From assembly GCA_028687275.1 (NCBI GenBank), contig JAQUAK010000002.1, forward strand, positions 6,102-70,101: a stretch of DNA of 64,000 nucleotides, given 5' to 3'. The notes under the pieces were generated by a model that made no database searches, was not told the DNA's origin, and worked only from the letters and a program-made list of their open reading frames with translations. This document shows positions 1 through 8,787 of the stretch, piece after piece; the first letter of the stretch is position 1, and every line of letters begins with the position of its first letter. Source of the stretch: Patescibacteria group bacterium (GTDB taxonomy: Bacteria; Patescibacteriota; Patescibacteriia; Patescibacteriales; UBA12465). The position numbers and the translations under genes were made by a program.

Positions 1-1
1 A

Positions 2-1105
2 GCACAATTGCTACTATTTGTAGTTGATGGTAAAGCCGGCTTAATGCCAGAAGATAGAGAGCTAGCGCGAGTAATGCGACGACAGCCACGTTACGCCAAT
101 AAAATACTACTAGTGGCTAATAAAATTGACAGTGGCAAGCAAAGAAGCGAAGCTGCTATATTTAATAGGCTTGGATTAGGCGAACCTTATTCCCTATCCG
201 CTCAAACTGGCGCGGGCACAGGGGACTTATTGGATAGTATCTTTGAAAAAATTGATACAGTTATTGATGACAATGCTGAAGACAAAAAAGATATTGCCGC
301 AAAAATTGCTATTGTGGGAAAACCCAATGTTGGCAAATCATCATTACTAAACTCCCTACTTGGCTATCAGAGAGTTATTGTTAGCGATAAGCCTCATACC
401 ACCCGAGAGTCACAAGACATTGAATTGGAGCACGAAGGAAAGCTTATTCATATCATAGATACAGCTGGCATTTCTCGCCATGGGCACAAAGGCAAGGGTT
501 TAGAAAAAGAAGGCATCGCTCTCTCTTTACAATCATTACAGCGCGCTGATATTGCCCTCCTAGTGCTTGATTTATCTGATGTCTTAACTCATCAAGACGC
601 TAAAATGGTGGAAGAGATTGTTGATCGCGGCAAAAGCTTAATTATCGTGGCCAATAAGTGGGATACCGTAGAAGAAAAAAATCCTAAACACTGGAAAGAG
701 ATTATCTACGATAAATTACCATTTGCAACTTGGGCGCCAATAATATTTATTTCTGCAAAAACTGGAGCTAAGATTGATAAAGTTCTAGAAGTTGCCTTGG
801 AAGTAGCAGAGGCCCGTAAGGTTGAAATCAGCGAAACCCAATTAAAAAAGTTTTTGAGCCGAGTAGTTAAAATCCATTTACCAGCTAAGGGTAAGGGGCT
901 CAAAGCTCCTCATATTTATGAAATTGCTCAAAAGCGTTCTAACCCACCAGTTCTAACTATTCGCATCGGCTCACGCGATGACTTACATTTTTCTTATGTC
1001 CGTTTTTTAGAGAACAGACTACGTGAACAATATGGCTATATTGGCACCCCTGTGCGCATGCATGTTATTAAAAATAAAAAGAAACATGGAGTTAGAGAGA
1101 ACTAA
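2..1105 (+). CDS. der: Ribosome-associated GTPase Der/EngA (5' partial, runs off window start)
   Basis: The frame is open from base 2. The end of GTPase domain 1 is present (NKID). A complete second GTPase domain follows (GKPNVGKSS, DTAG, NKWD), then a KH-like C-terminus. Confidence 0.9.
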   Translation, partial: AQLLLFVVDGKAGLMPEDRELARVMRRQPRYANKILLVANKIDSGKQRSEAAIFNRLGLGEPYSLSAQTGAGTGDLLDSIFEKIDTVIDDNAEDKKDIAAKIAIVGKPNVGKSSLLNSLLGYQRVIVSDKPHTTRESQDIELEHEGKLIHIIDTAGISRHGHKGKGLEKEGIALSLQSLQRADIALLVLDLSDVLTHQDAKMVEEIVDRGKSLIIVANKWDTVEEKNPKHWKEIIYDKLPFATWAPIIFISAKTGAKIDKVLEVALEVAEARKVEISETQLKKFLSRVVKIHLPAKGKGLKAPHIYEIAQKRSNPPVLTIRIGSRDDLHFSYVRFLENRLREQYGYIGTPVRMHVIKNKKKHGVREN

Positions 1106-1224
1106 ATTTAAACAAATTTTATTATCATTTTAAAATATTCGCACTCTGCGAATATTTTTATTTTATCGTCATTTCAGCCTGAATACGCTATAATAAAAGT
1201 AATTAATTTTATCCCTAAAAAAAT

Positions 1225-1779
1225 ATGCAAATTATTATTGGACTTGGTAATCCTGGCTCAAAATACGCCGACACTAGACATAACGCTGGCTGGCTAACTC
1301 TAGACCACATAGCAGGTAGCGAAAACTGGAAGGAGGAAAAGAAATTCAATGCTCTAATTAAAGAAGCTCCTGGCTATCTATACATTAAGCCCTTAAGCTT
1401 CATGAATAAATCTGGTGAAAGTGCCTACAAAGCACTTAGCTTCTATAAATTAATAGATAAACATTTCTTGGGTGGCATAAAAAAAGAGCAGAGTTTGCAA
1501 GACTGCCTCTATGTTATTCAAGATGATTTAGACTTAAATTTAGGAACTTGGAAGATAAGCCAAGACTCTAGAAGCGGTGGGAATAGGGGGATTCAATCAA
1601 TTATCACTCACTTAAAAACTCAAAAATTTACTAGACTTCGCTTGGGCATTAAAACAGATAAACTTCACAATCCCCTGCCGGCTGATAAATTTGTTCTGCA
1701 AAGGTTTAGTAATGAAGAATTGAAGCTACTTAATAAAACATTAACTGAGGCCATACCGGCCTTACAAGAACTATTTTAA
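1225..1779 (+). CDS. pth: Peptidyl-tRNA hydrolase
   Basis: The N-terminus IIGLGNPGSKYADTRHNAGW is the canonical Pth signature, and the length of 184 aa fits. Confidence 0.9.
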   Translation: MQIIIGLGNPGSKYADTRHNAGWLTLDHIAGSENWKEEKKFNALIKEAPGYLYIKPLSFMNKSGESAYKALSFYKLIDKHFLGGIKKEQSLQDCLYVIQDDLDLNLGTWKISQDSRSGGNRGIQSIITHLKTQKFTRLRLGIKTDKLHNPLPADKFVLQRFSNEELKLLNKTLTEAIPALQELF

Positions 1780-1800
1780 TTGAATCAATATATAATAAAA

Positions 1801-1900
1801 TCCCCTTGACTGCTCATACAAAAATTTTATTGGTGCCCATCTACTAGGAGGAAAGTAAATAAACACTAAACATTTGTACAAGCAGTCAAGGGGATTTTTT
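1801..1900 (+). terminator. Long hairpin with T-tract downstream of pth (terminator or small structured RNA)
   Basis: A perfect 14-bp stem pairs tccccttgactgct (1801-1814) with agcagtcaagggga (1881-1894). It extends by tacaaa/tttgta after a 2x2 internal loop and is followed by TTTTTT (1895-1900). Confidence 0.55.
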
Positions 1901-2251
1901 AACTTTCTAGCTTATATAATAAATGCTCTCATGTCAAGTTTAAAAAATCTGAATTCGGCAAATCTATATTTAGCATTCCTAAATTTAATCTCTAATTTAG
2001 AACGAACCGATTAATTAAGGTTATATAAAACTACGCAGTAATTATAGCGATATCTGTACAGACAAAATGTACCGTAATATAACTACAATTAACAATGCTC
2101 ATAATTCAGATATAACTACTTAAACTTGACACCGTGAGCACAAATAGTAAACTAAGTATATTAGAAATTAAAAAATATGTATTTCAATGCTATAATTACT
2201 ACTAATATATTTAGATAAAGAGCTAAAATTAGGCAATAAAGTTTAAAAATT

Positions 2252-4471
2252 ATGAAGCTTATCATCGTAGAATCGCCAACAAAAGCAAAAACAATTAGTA
2301 AATTCCTGAGCAAGGATTACCAAGTTGAGTCTTCTTTTGGGCATGTTCGCGACTTGCCGGCTAAAGAGATGGGCATTGATATTGAGCATAACTTTGAACC
2401 TAAATATGTAACTCCGACGAAAGCGAAAAAAACTGTCAGCACTTTAAAGGCGGCCGCTAAAAAAGCGACCGAAGTAATTCTTGCTTCCGATGAAGACCGC
2501 GAAGGAGAAGCTATTGCTTGGCATCTAGCACAGGTGCTCAAATTAGAACCAGAAAAAACCCAGCGCATTGTTTTTCACGAAATTACTAAGCCCGCAATCA
2601 TGGAAGCATTAGAACATCCCCGCTTCATTAATCAATCCCTGGTCGACGCGCAACAGGCTAGAAGAATTTTAGATCGCCTAGTTGGCTATGAGCTATCTCC
2701 TTTTTTATGGAAAAAAGTAGCCAAAGGCTTGTCTGCCGGTAGAGTTCAGAGTGTGGCCATTAGATTAATTGTGGAAAGAGAAAGGGCAATCTTAGCCTTT
2801 GACGCTAAAGAATACTGGACAGTCGGCATTAAATTAAATTCAGCCAGAACAAAAACCGATTTTCAAGCAGACTTATTCAGACTAAATGGCAAAACTTTTG
2901 ATAAGCTTGATATATCTGCTGAGAAAGCTAAAGAGTTAAAAGAAGAATTAAAAGGAGCAAACTGCACAATCGTTAAAATAGAGCAGAAAAATATTAGCAA
3001 AAATCCAAGCAGTCCTTTTACTACTTCAACTTTACAACAAACAGCTAATCGTCTTTTAGGCTTTAGCGCTAAACAAACAATGACGCTGGCGCAGAAGCTT
3101 TATGAACAGGGCTTTATTACCTACATGCGTACCGATTCTCTCAACCTATCGCCACAATTCCTAAATGAAACTAAAGCTTATTTGCAATCAACCTTAGGGG
3201 CTAACTATACTTTGCCAGAGGCGCGCTTATTTAAAACCAAGGGTAAAAACGCACAAGAAGCCCACGAAGCGGTCAGGCCAACTTCAGCCACTACCACTCC
3301 CGAAGATATTAAAGAAAAAGTTGATAAAAGCACCTTCCGTTTATATCAACTGATTTGGCAAAGAAGTTTGGCTACGCAAATGCCAGCCGCTAAATTTAGT
3401 GCTAGCGCTATTAACACCGAAGCAGTTTGCCTAAATAAAAATAAGCATATTTTTAGAACTAGTGGGCAAGTGCTCTTATTCGATGGTTACCTAAAAATAT
3501 ACCCAGAAAAAACTAGTGAACAACAGTTGCCACAATTACAAGACCAGGAGAAAGTAGATTTACTTGATATTAAAACTGAACAGCACTCAACTAAGCCGCC
3601 AGCTCGTTATAGTGATGCTGGACTAGTAAAAGAATTGGAAAAGTATGGGATTGGTCGTCCGTCAACTTACGCACCAACCATCAACACCATCCTAACCCGC
3701 AATTATGTTGAAAGGGGCGATGATAAAAGATTAAAGCCAACTGATATTGCCTTAGTTGTGAATGACTTACTGGTAAAACACTTTAATAAAATTGTAGATT
3801 ATAATTTTACCGCCGGCATGGAAAACGATTTAGATGCCGTTGCTAATGATGAAAAGGAATGGCAACCAGTAATTGCCAACTTCTACCACGAATTTCACGA
3901 TAATTTAGAAAAAAAATACGAAAATATTAAAAAAAGTGATATTATGCCTGAAGAAAAATCAAATGAAATTTGTGACAAATGTAAATCAGCAATGATTATA
4001 AAAACAGGACGCTACGGAAAATTTTTAGCCTGTAGTGGCTATCCTGATTGCCGCAATATTAAAAAATTAAATGGCGAAGCTACTATTAAAAAAGATGACC
4101 CGGCAGTTAATGCCTTACAAGAAAAATACAAAGGCACAGTTTGTGATAAATGCGGAGCAGAAATGATTGTCCGTTCCGGCAAGTATGGTCCTTTCTTAGC
4201 TTGCAGCGCTTATCCTAAGTGCAAAAACATTAAAAACATCAATGAAGATGGCGGCAAAGAAATAACTTGTCCAGCTTGTAAAACTGGAAAAATTGTAAAG
4301 AAATTTAGTAAGCGTGGAGCTTTTTATGCCTGCGATAATTATCCTGATTGCAAGAATGCTTACTGGGGGAAGCCAACTGGCGATAAATGCCCTGACTGTG
4401 AGTCTTTATTAGTCCAAGATAAAGAAGGACAAACAGTTTGTAGCGACAAAGGTTGTGGTTATAAAAAATAA
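2252..4471 (+). CDS. topA: DNA topoisomerase I with C-terminal Zn-ribbon repeats
   Basis: TOPRIM start (MKLIIVESPTKAKTI, DEDREGE). Catalytic region YITYMRTDS. Four C-terminal CxxC...CxxC zinc-finger modules. Confidence 0.95.
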   Translation: MKLIIVESPTKAKTISKFLSKDYQVESSFGHVRDLPAKEMGIDIEHNFEPKYVTPTKAKKTVSTLKAAAKKATEVILASDEDREGEAIAWHLAQVLKLEPEKTQRIVFHEITKPAIMEALEHPRFINQSLVDAQQARRILDRLVGYELSPFLWKKVAKGLSAGRVQSVAIRLIVERERAILAFDAKEYWTVGIKLNSARTKTDFQADLFRLNGKTFDKLDISAEKAKELKEELKGANCTIVKIEQKNISKNPSSPFTTSTLQQTANRLLGFSAKQTMTLAQKLYEQGFITYMRTDSLNLSPQFLNETKAYLQSTLGANYTLPEARLFKTKGKNAQEAHEAVRPTSATTTPEDIKEKVDKSTFRLYQLIWQRSLATQMPAAKFSASAINTEAVCLNKNKHIFRTSGQVLLFDGYLKIYPEKTSEQQLPQLQDQEKVDLLDIKTEQHSTKPPARYSDAGLVKELEKYGIGRPSTYAPTINTILTRNYVERGDDKRLKPTDIALVVNDLLVKHFNKIVDYNFTAGMENDLDAVANDEKEWQPVIANFYHEFHDNLEKKYENIKKSDIMPEEKSNEICDKCKSAMIIKTGRYGKFLACSGYPDCRNIKKLNGEATIKKDDPAVNALQEKYKGTVCDKCGAEMIVRSGKYGPFLACSAYPKCKNIKNINEDGGKEITCPACKTGKIVKKFSKRGAFYACDNYPDCKNAYWGKPTGDKCPDCESLLVQDKEGQTVCSDKGCGYKK

Positions 4472-4493
4472 AAATTGTCTAATAAAATTTAAA

Positions 4494-4521
4494 ACGACTG
4501 GCTAAAAGCCAGTCGTTTTTT
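4494..4521. terminator. Bidirectional intrinsic terminator between topA and the minus-strand operon
   Basis: Stem acgactggc / gccagtcgt, flanked by an A-run on one side and a T-run on the other. Confidence 0.7.
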
Positions 4522-4541
4522 GATACAATTTAAGTAATAAA

Positions 4542-4898
4542 CTACTTCTTCTTAGTCTTTCCTTTAGAGGCCTCATCGTCTCTTTCATTCTTATTTTCCT
4601 TTCTGTCTTTAGCAAATTCTATTCCTCTTTTTAGCAGCTCACCAAAAATAGCTAAATAAGTGCCACTACTAGAAATTTTTTCTCTAATTAAATCCACTAA
4701 ACTTTCAGCCTTACCGACGCCTCTTTCCACTTGCCTAATTAGACGATAAATTCTCTGTGCACTAGCAATAAAATAATATAAAGCCCAGCATAAGAAAAAA
4801 ACTAAAACACCGCTGGAAGCTGCTAAAACCCAATTAAGGATGTCGTTCGAAGTTTCAAACATAATTTTATTTAGCCGTAGACTTTTGCCGTCCCCCAT
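4542..4898 (-). CDS. Hypothetical small membrane protein (one TM helix, helical charged tail)
   Basis: ORF lying 17 nt downstream of the pheT stop. Contains the hydrophobic helix WVLAASSGVLVFFLCWALYYFIA. No family recognised; an alternative start at MFETS is possible. Confidence 0.5.
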   Translation of the reverse strand: MGDGKSLRLNKIMFETSNDILNWVLAASSGVLVFFLCWALYYFIASAQRIYRLIRQVERGVGKAESLVDLIREKISSSGTYLAIFGELLKRGIEFAKDRKENKNERDDEASKGKTKKK

Positions 4899-4914
4899 CG
4901 GCTGTTGTTAATAA

Positions 4915-7335
4915 TTAAAAATTTCTAATTTGTGCCTCAAACTTATCATGACAAACCTGAATTAACTCCTTTTGAATTAAATCAACCTCCTCGGTAGTCA
5001 AAGTTTTATCATTAGATTGATAAGTTAAATGAAAAGCCCAACTCTTTTTACCAGCACCGAGAGCGTCTCCCTGATAAATATCAAATAATTCCGCTTGAAT
5101 TAATAAAGGATGAAAACTGATTAAAGTCCTCCAAAAATCATTATATAACATTTTTTCATCAACGACAAAAGAAAGGTCGCGAATAACTGCCGGATATTTA
5201 GGTGATTCTTGATATTGATTGATAGGCAAAATATTATCCAAGGCCAATAACTCTTTGAAATTTATTTCAGCAAAAGCAGTTTTTAGTTTTAAAGCAAAAT
5301 TATTAGCCAATTTATCATCTAATAAACCTACCACTCCAATTTCTTTCCCGTGACAATAAATGGCCGCCGCCTGCCCACTTTTAACCCAAGTCGGCAAGTT
5401 CTCTAAAGCAGTATATTCTGATTTAATTTGTGGCCACAGAGAGTTTAGAAGTAATTCTACATAAGATTTCAAACTCTCAAAAACTTTATTTGTATCCTGA
5501 CCAGCCACCATTAGACCCAAGCGCTTACCTTGATAGGGCAAAAAATCCCCCTTAGCATCTTTAATGTATTCCCCTGGCAAGGGCAAAAATATGCGACCAA
5601 TCTCAAAAAGACCGAATTCCGAATAGTTAAATTGATTAAGACGAACATTTTGCAATAGGCCAGGCAATAAACTTTGTCTGAGTAAAGCTTGTTGTTCAGA
5701 GATAGGATTTACTAGCTTCAAATAACGACTAGAGTTAATGTTGAGTTTTGAAAGCGAAGATTCGCTGACGAAAGAATAATTATACACCTCAAGCATTCTG
5801 CCGCTGCCGCTTAAAATATCCTGAACTCTACGTTCTAATAACAATTCTTTATTTTCAGGTAAAAATGACAAGGCGTTGCTTAAGGCTGCCGTTGGTATAT
5901 TGTCATATCCAATAATTCTTATTACTTCTTCTAAAATATCTTCTTTAATAGTAACATCTTTAACTGCTCGCCAGGAAGGAGGCGTTACCATTAATACATT
6001 TTTATTAATCTCGACTAAAAAGCCAAGTCTTTCTAAAATGTTTTGTACTTCTTTACGGCTAATTTGTTTACCAATTTTTTTCTTGAGCCAAGAAAAATCC
6101 AGGGAAATTTGCTCTTGATTTAGATCAAAATTAACAACGTCAACAATATCTCCGGCCAACTCTGCTTCTGGTAATATTTCTTTAATTAACTGCCAAGCCT
6201 TCTGCCAGGCTTTCTCAGGTAAAGTCGGATCGAGGGTCTTTTCAAAGCGCATGGAAGCATCAGTACGTAAGTTTAATTTCTGTGAGGATTTACGCACATA
6301 AACAGCATCAAAAGTAGCTGCTTCTAAAATAACACTGGTGGTGTTTTCATTAACAGCGCTATTAGCACCGCCCATAATACCAGCCACAGCGATAGGCTCA
6401 GAGCCATCACGAATAACAATGGTATCTTCAGGTAATAAGTACTCCTTACCATCAAGGGTTTCAATTCCCTCATCCTTCTTAGACAAGCCTATGGAAATTT
6501 TCTGAATCTTACCAGCGTCAAAAACATGCAAAGGCTGCCCCGACTCAAACATAACGTAATTAGTAATATCGACTAAAACATTAATGGGGCGGACATTTAC
6601 TGCTGCTAATTTTTCCTTCAACCAATTTGGAGATTCAACAATTTTAACATTATTAATCTTAACAGCTATATAACGAGAACAAATTCTTTTATCCTCAATT
6701 TTAACAGAAATTTTTTCTTTCCCACTGGGTATTAACAATTTTTCATCTATTTTTAAATATGGCACTAAAGGCATCTTTAGCAAAGTACTAATTTCACGAG
6801 CCATGCCGTAATGACCCCATAAATCACCTCGATTTGATAGTGATTTATTGTCAATTTCTAAAATAATATCATTTAAATTTAAATAGGCAGCAAACTCTTG
6901 TCCTATCTTGGCATTTTTATCTAAAACCATAATGCCTTCATGGTCTATGCCAAGACCTAATTCATCTTCAGCGCAAATCATGCCTAAAGATTTTTCACCT
7001 CTAATCTCAGATTCCTTAATTGTTAAGCCGTTAGGCAAAGTTGCTCCCACTAAAGCAACCGCTACACGTTGGCCAGACTCAACATTAGGAGCTCCGCAAA
7101 CTATATCCAAAATTTCTTTTTTAACATCAACTTGGCAAAGGCGTAAGCGGTCCGCATTAGGGTGAGGTTTAACTGATAGGACTTTGCCCACAACAACCTT
7201 AGCAAAATCATCACTCTGTGTCTGCCAAGACTCAACTTCGACTGTATGTAAAGTAAGTAATTGAGCCAATTCTTCTGGTCTCATTTTATTTGGTATTTTA
7301 ACAAAATCTTTTAACCAATTTAGGGATAAATACAT
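4915..7335 (-). CDS. pheT: Phenylalanine--tRNA ligase beta subunit
   Basis: 806 aa. N-terminus MYLSLNWLKDFV, with tRNA-binding, B3/4, B5 and C-terminal anticodon-binding regions. Sits directly downstream of pheS. Confidence 0.93.
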   Translation of the reverse strand: MYLSLNWLKDFVKIPNKMRPEELAQLLTLHTVEVESWQTQSDDFAKVVVGKVLSVKPHPNADRLRLCQVDVKKEILDIVCGAPNVESGQRVAVALVGATLPNGLTIKESEIRGEKSLGMICAEDELGLGIDHEGIMVLDKNAKIGQEFAAYLNLNDIILEIDNKSLSNRGDLWGHYGMAREISTLLKMPLVPYLKIDEKLLIPSGKEKISVKIEDKRICSRYIAVKINNVKIVESPNWLKEKLAAVNVRPINVLVDITNYVMFESGQPLHVFDAGKIQKISIGLSKKDEGIETLDGKEYLLPEDTIVIRDGSEPIAVAGIMGGANSAVNENTTSVILEAATFDAVYVRKSSQKLNLRTDASMRFEKTLDPTLPEKAWQKAWQLIKEILPEAELAGDIVDVVNFDLNQEQISLDFSWLKKKIGKQISRKEVQNILERLGFLVEINKNVLMVTPPSWRAVKDVTIKEDILEEVIRIIGYDNIPTAALSNALSFLPENKELLLERRVQDILSGSGRMLEVYNYSFVSESSLSKLNINSSRYLKLVNPISEQQALLRQSLLPGLLQNVRLNQFNYSEFGLFEIGRIFLPLPGEYIKDAKGDFLPYQGKRLGLMVAGQDTNKVFESLKSYVELLLNSLWPQIKSEYTALENLPTWVKSGQAAAIYCHGKEIGVVGLLDDKLANNFALKLKTAFAEINFKELLALDNILPINQYQESPKYPAVIRDLSFVVDEKMLYNDFWRTLISFHPLLIQAELFDIYQGDALGAGKKSWAFHLTYQSNDKTLTTEEVDLIQKELIQVCHDKFEAQIRNF

Positions 7336-7347
7336 AATATCAATGAA

Positions 7348-8376
7348 TTAAAATTGTTTTAGAAAGCGCATATCACCGCTGTTAAATAAACGGACGTCGT
7401 CTATGCCATATTTCAACATCGCCAGACGATTTAAACCGAAACCAAAAGCAAAGCCTGAATATTTTTCTGGATCAATTCCTCCAGCCCTTAGAACATTAGG
7501 ATGGATTAAACCACAACCAACAATTTCTAACCAACCAGAGTTTTTGCAAACACGACACCCCTTACCCTGACACAAAAAACAGGTATACTCGCCATTTGAA
7601 CCTGGTTCCACGAAAGGATAAAATTTTGGACGCATACGTATTTTTGTTTCTGGCCCATATAACTTTTTGCCTACTGCTTCTAAAATATTTTTCATGTGAG
7701 CAAAATTAATATCTTTATCGATCACCATTCCCTCTAATTGATAAAAAGTGTGCTCATGACGGGCGTCAGTCGCCTCGCTTCTAAAAACACGCCCCGGCAT
7801 AATCATGCGTAAAGGAGATCCATATTTTTGCATGGCTCTGACTTGAGTATTAGAAGTTTGAGATCGCATAGCTAGGTCATACTCACCGTCTTTATTTTTC
7901 AAATCAACATAAAATGTATCCTGCATATCTCTAGCTGGGTGATGTGGAGGAACATTTAAAGCCTCAAAATTATAAAACTCACTTTCAATTTCTGGACCAT
8001 CCATTACCTGGAAACCAAGAGTAGCAAAAAAATCTTCCATCTCTCTTTTTAGTAAGGTTAAAGGATGCAAATGACCACCTTCAATTTTTTTGCCAGGAAT
8101 AGTGGGGTCTAACTGAGAATTTTTTTCTGCCTTTTTTTCAAAATTATTTTTAGTTTCATTGAATCTAAGCTGTAATTCTTGCTTAATAACATTAGCTAAT
8201 TCACCAGCCTCCCTTCTTATATCAATGCCTAAATCTTTTAAGCCTCCTAAAAGGCCACTCAACTCACCCTTACGAGAAAGGTACTTAATTTCTAGGTCGC
8301 GTAAAGACGATAAATCAGTCACTGAATCTAAAGCAGCTAAAAAATCTTCACGTAATTTTTCTAATTTATTTTTCAT
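7348..8376 (-). CDS. pheS: Phenylalanine--tRNA ligase alpha subunit
   Basis: Class II aaRS motifs (HPARDMQDTFY, FRSEATDARHEHTFYQLEG, GFAFGFGLNRLAML). Confidence 0.95.
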   Translation of the reverse strand: MKNKLEKLREDFLAALDSVTDLSSLRDLEIKYLSRKGELSGLLGGLKDLGIDIRREAGELANVIKQELQLRFNETKNNFEKKAEKNSQLDPTIPGKKIEGGHLHPLTLLKREMEDFFATLGFQVMDGPEIESEFYNFEALNVPPHHPARDMQDTFYVDLKNKDGEYDLAMRSQTSNTQVRAMQKYGSPLRMIMPGRVFRSEATDARHEHTFYQLEGMVIDKDINFAHMKNILEAVGKKLYGPETKIRMRPKFYPFVEPGSNGEYTCFLCQGKGCRVCKNSGWLEIVGCGLIHPNVLRAGGIDPEKYSGFAFGFGLNRLAMLKYGIDDVRLFNSGDMRFLKQF

Positions 8377-8377
8377 A

Positions 8378-8764
8378 TTATTTTATTCGATTCTTTTTAT
8401 AACTAGCTACAAATAATTCTAAAATAGCAAAAATTATTAATAATAAAGCCACATTCAACCAAGTAAAGAGATTATTTGATAATAAAAATAAAGAAATGAC
8501 AATAAATAGGGCAAACAAAAATGACTGCCTAAAAGCGGTTGAAACAGCGTAAAAAACTAAGTCCCGCTTTAAGGCTCCAAAACGAATAATAAAACCGATT
8601 AAAGCGGCACTGCCGGATAAGGCTAAAAATAGGGACACATAAAAAAGCATAAAACCCAGCCAATTTGTAGACGTGGGATCAATTAGGTTTAACATCAAAG
8701 CAAATATGCCCCAACAAAGCAAAGTCATCACTCCCATTACCCAGAGATAATTTCTTAAAGTCAT
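8378..8764 (-). CDS. Hypothetical integral membrane protein (4 TM)
   Basis: Strongly hydrophobic 128-aa ORF packed between valS and pheS. No family recognised. Confidence 0.5.
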   Translation of the reverse strand: MTLRNYLWVMGVMTLLCWGIFALMLNLIDPTSTNWLGFMLFYVSLFLALSGSAALIGFIIRFGALKRDLVFYAVSTAFRQSFLFALFIVISLFLLSNNLFTWLNVALLLIIFAILELFVASYKKNRIK

Positions 8765-8787
8765 AAAAGATTAGTTTTAAATTTTAT

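Noticed and set aside
706-903. Short antisense or overlapping ORFs inside long, well-supported genes. Examples are 706-903, 2317-2568, 5876-6118, 6908-7165, 9954-10220, 20626-20967, 23427-23696, 28389-28613, 43078-43455, 51403-51681 and 52768-53082.
   Set aside because: They lie entirely within strongly supported genes on the opposite strand or another frame. They have odd composition and no start context. They are typical shadow ORFs of an AT-rich genome.
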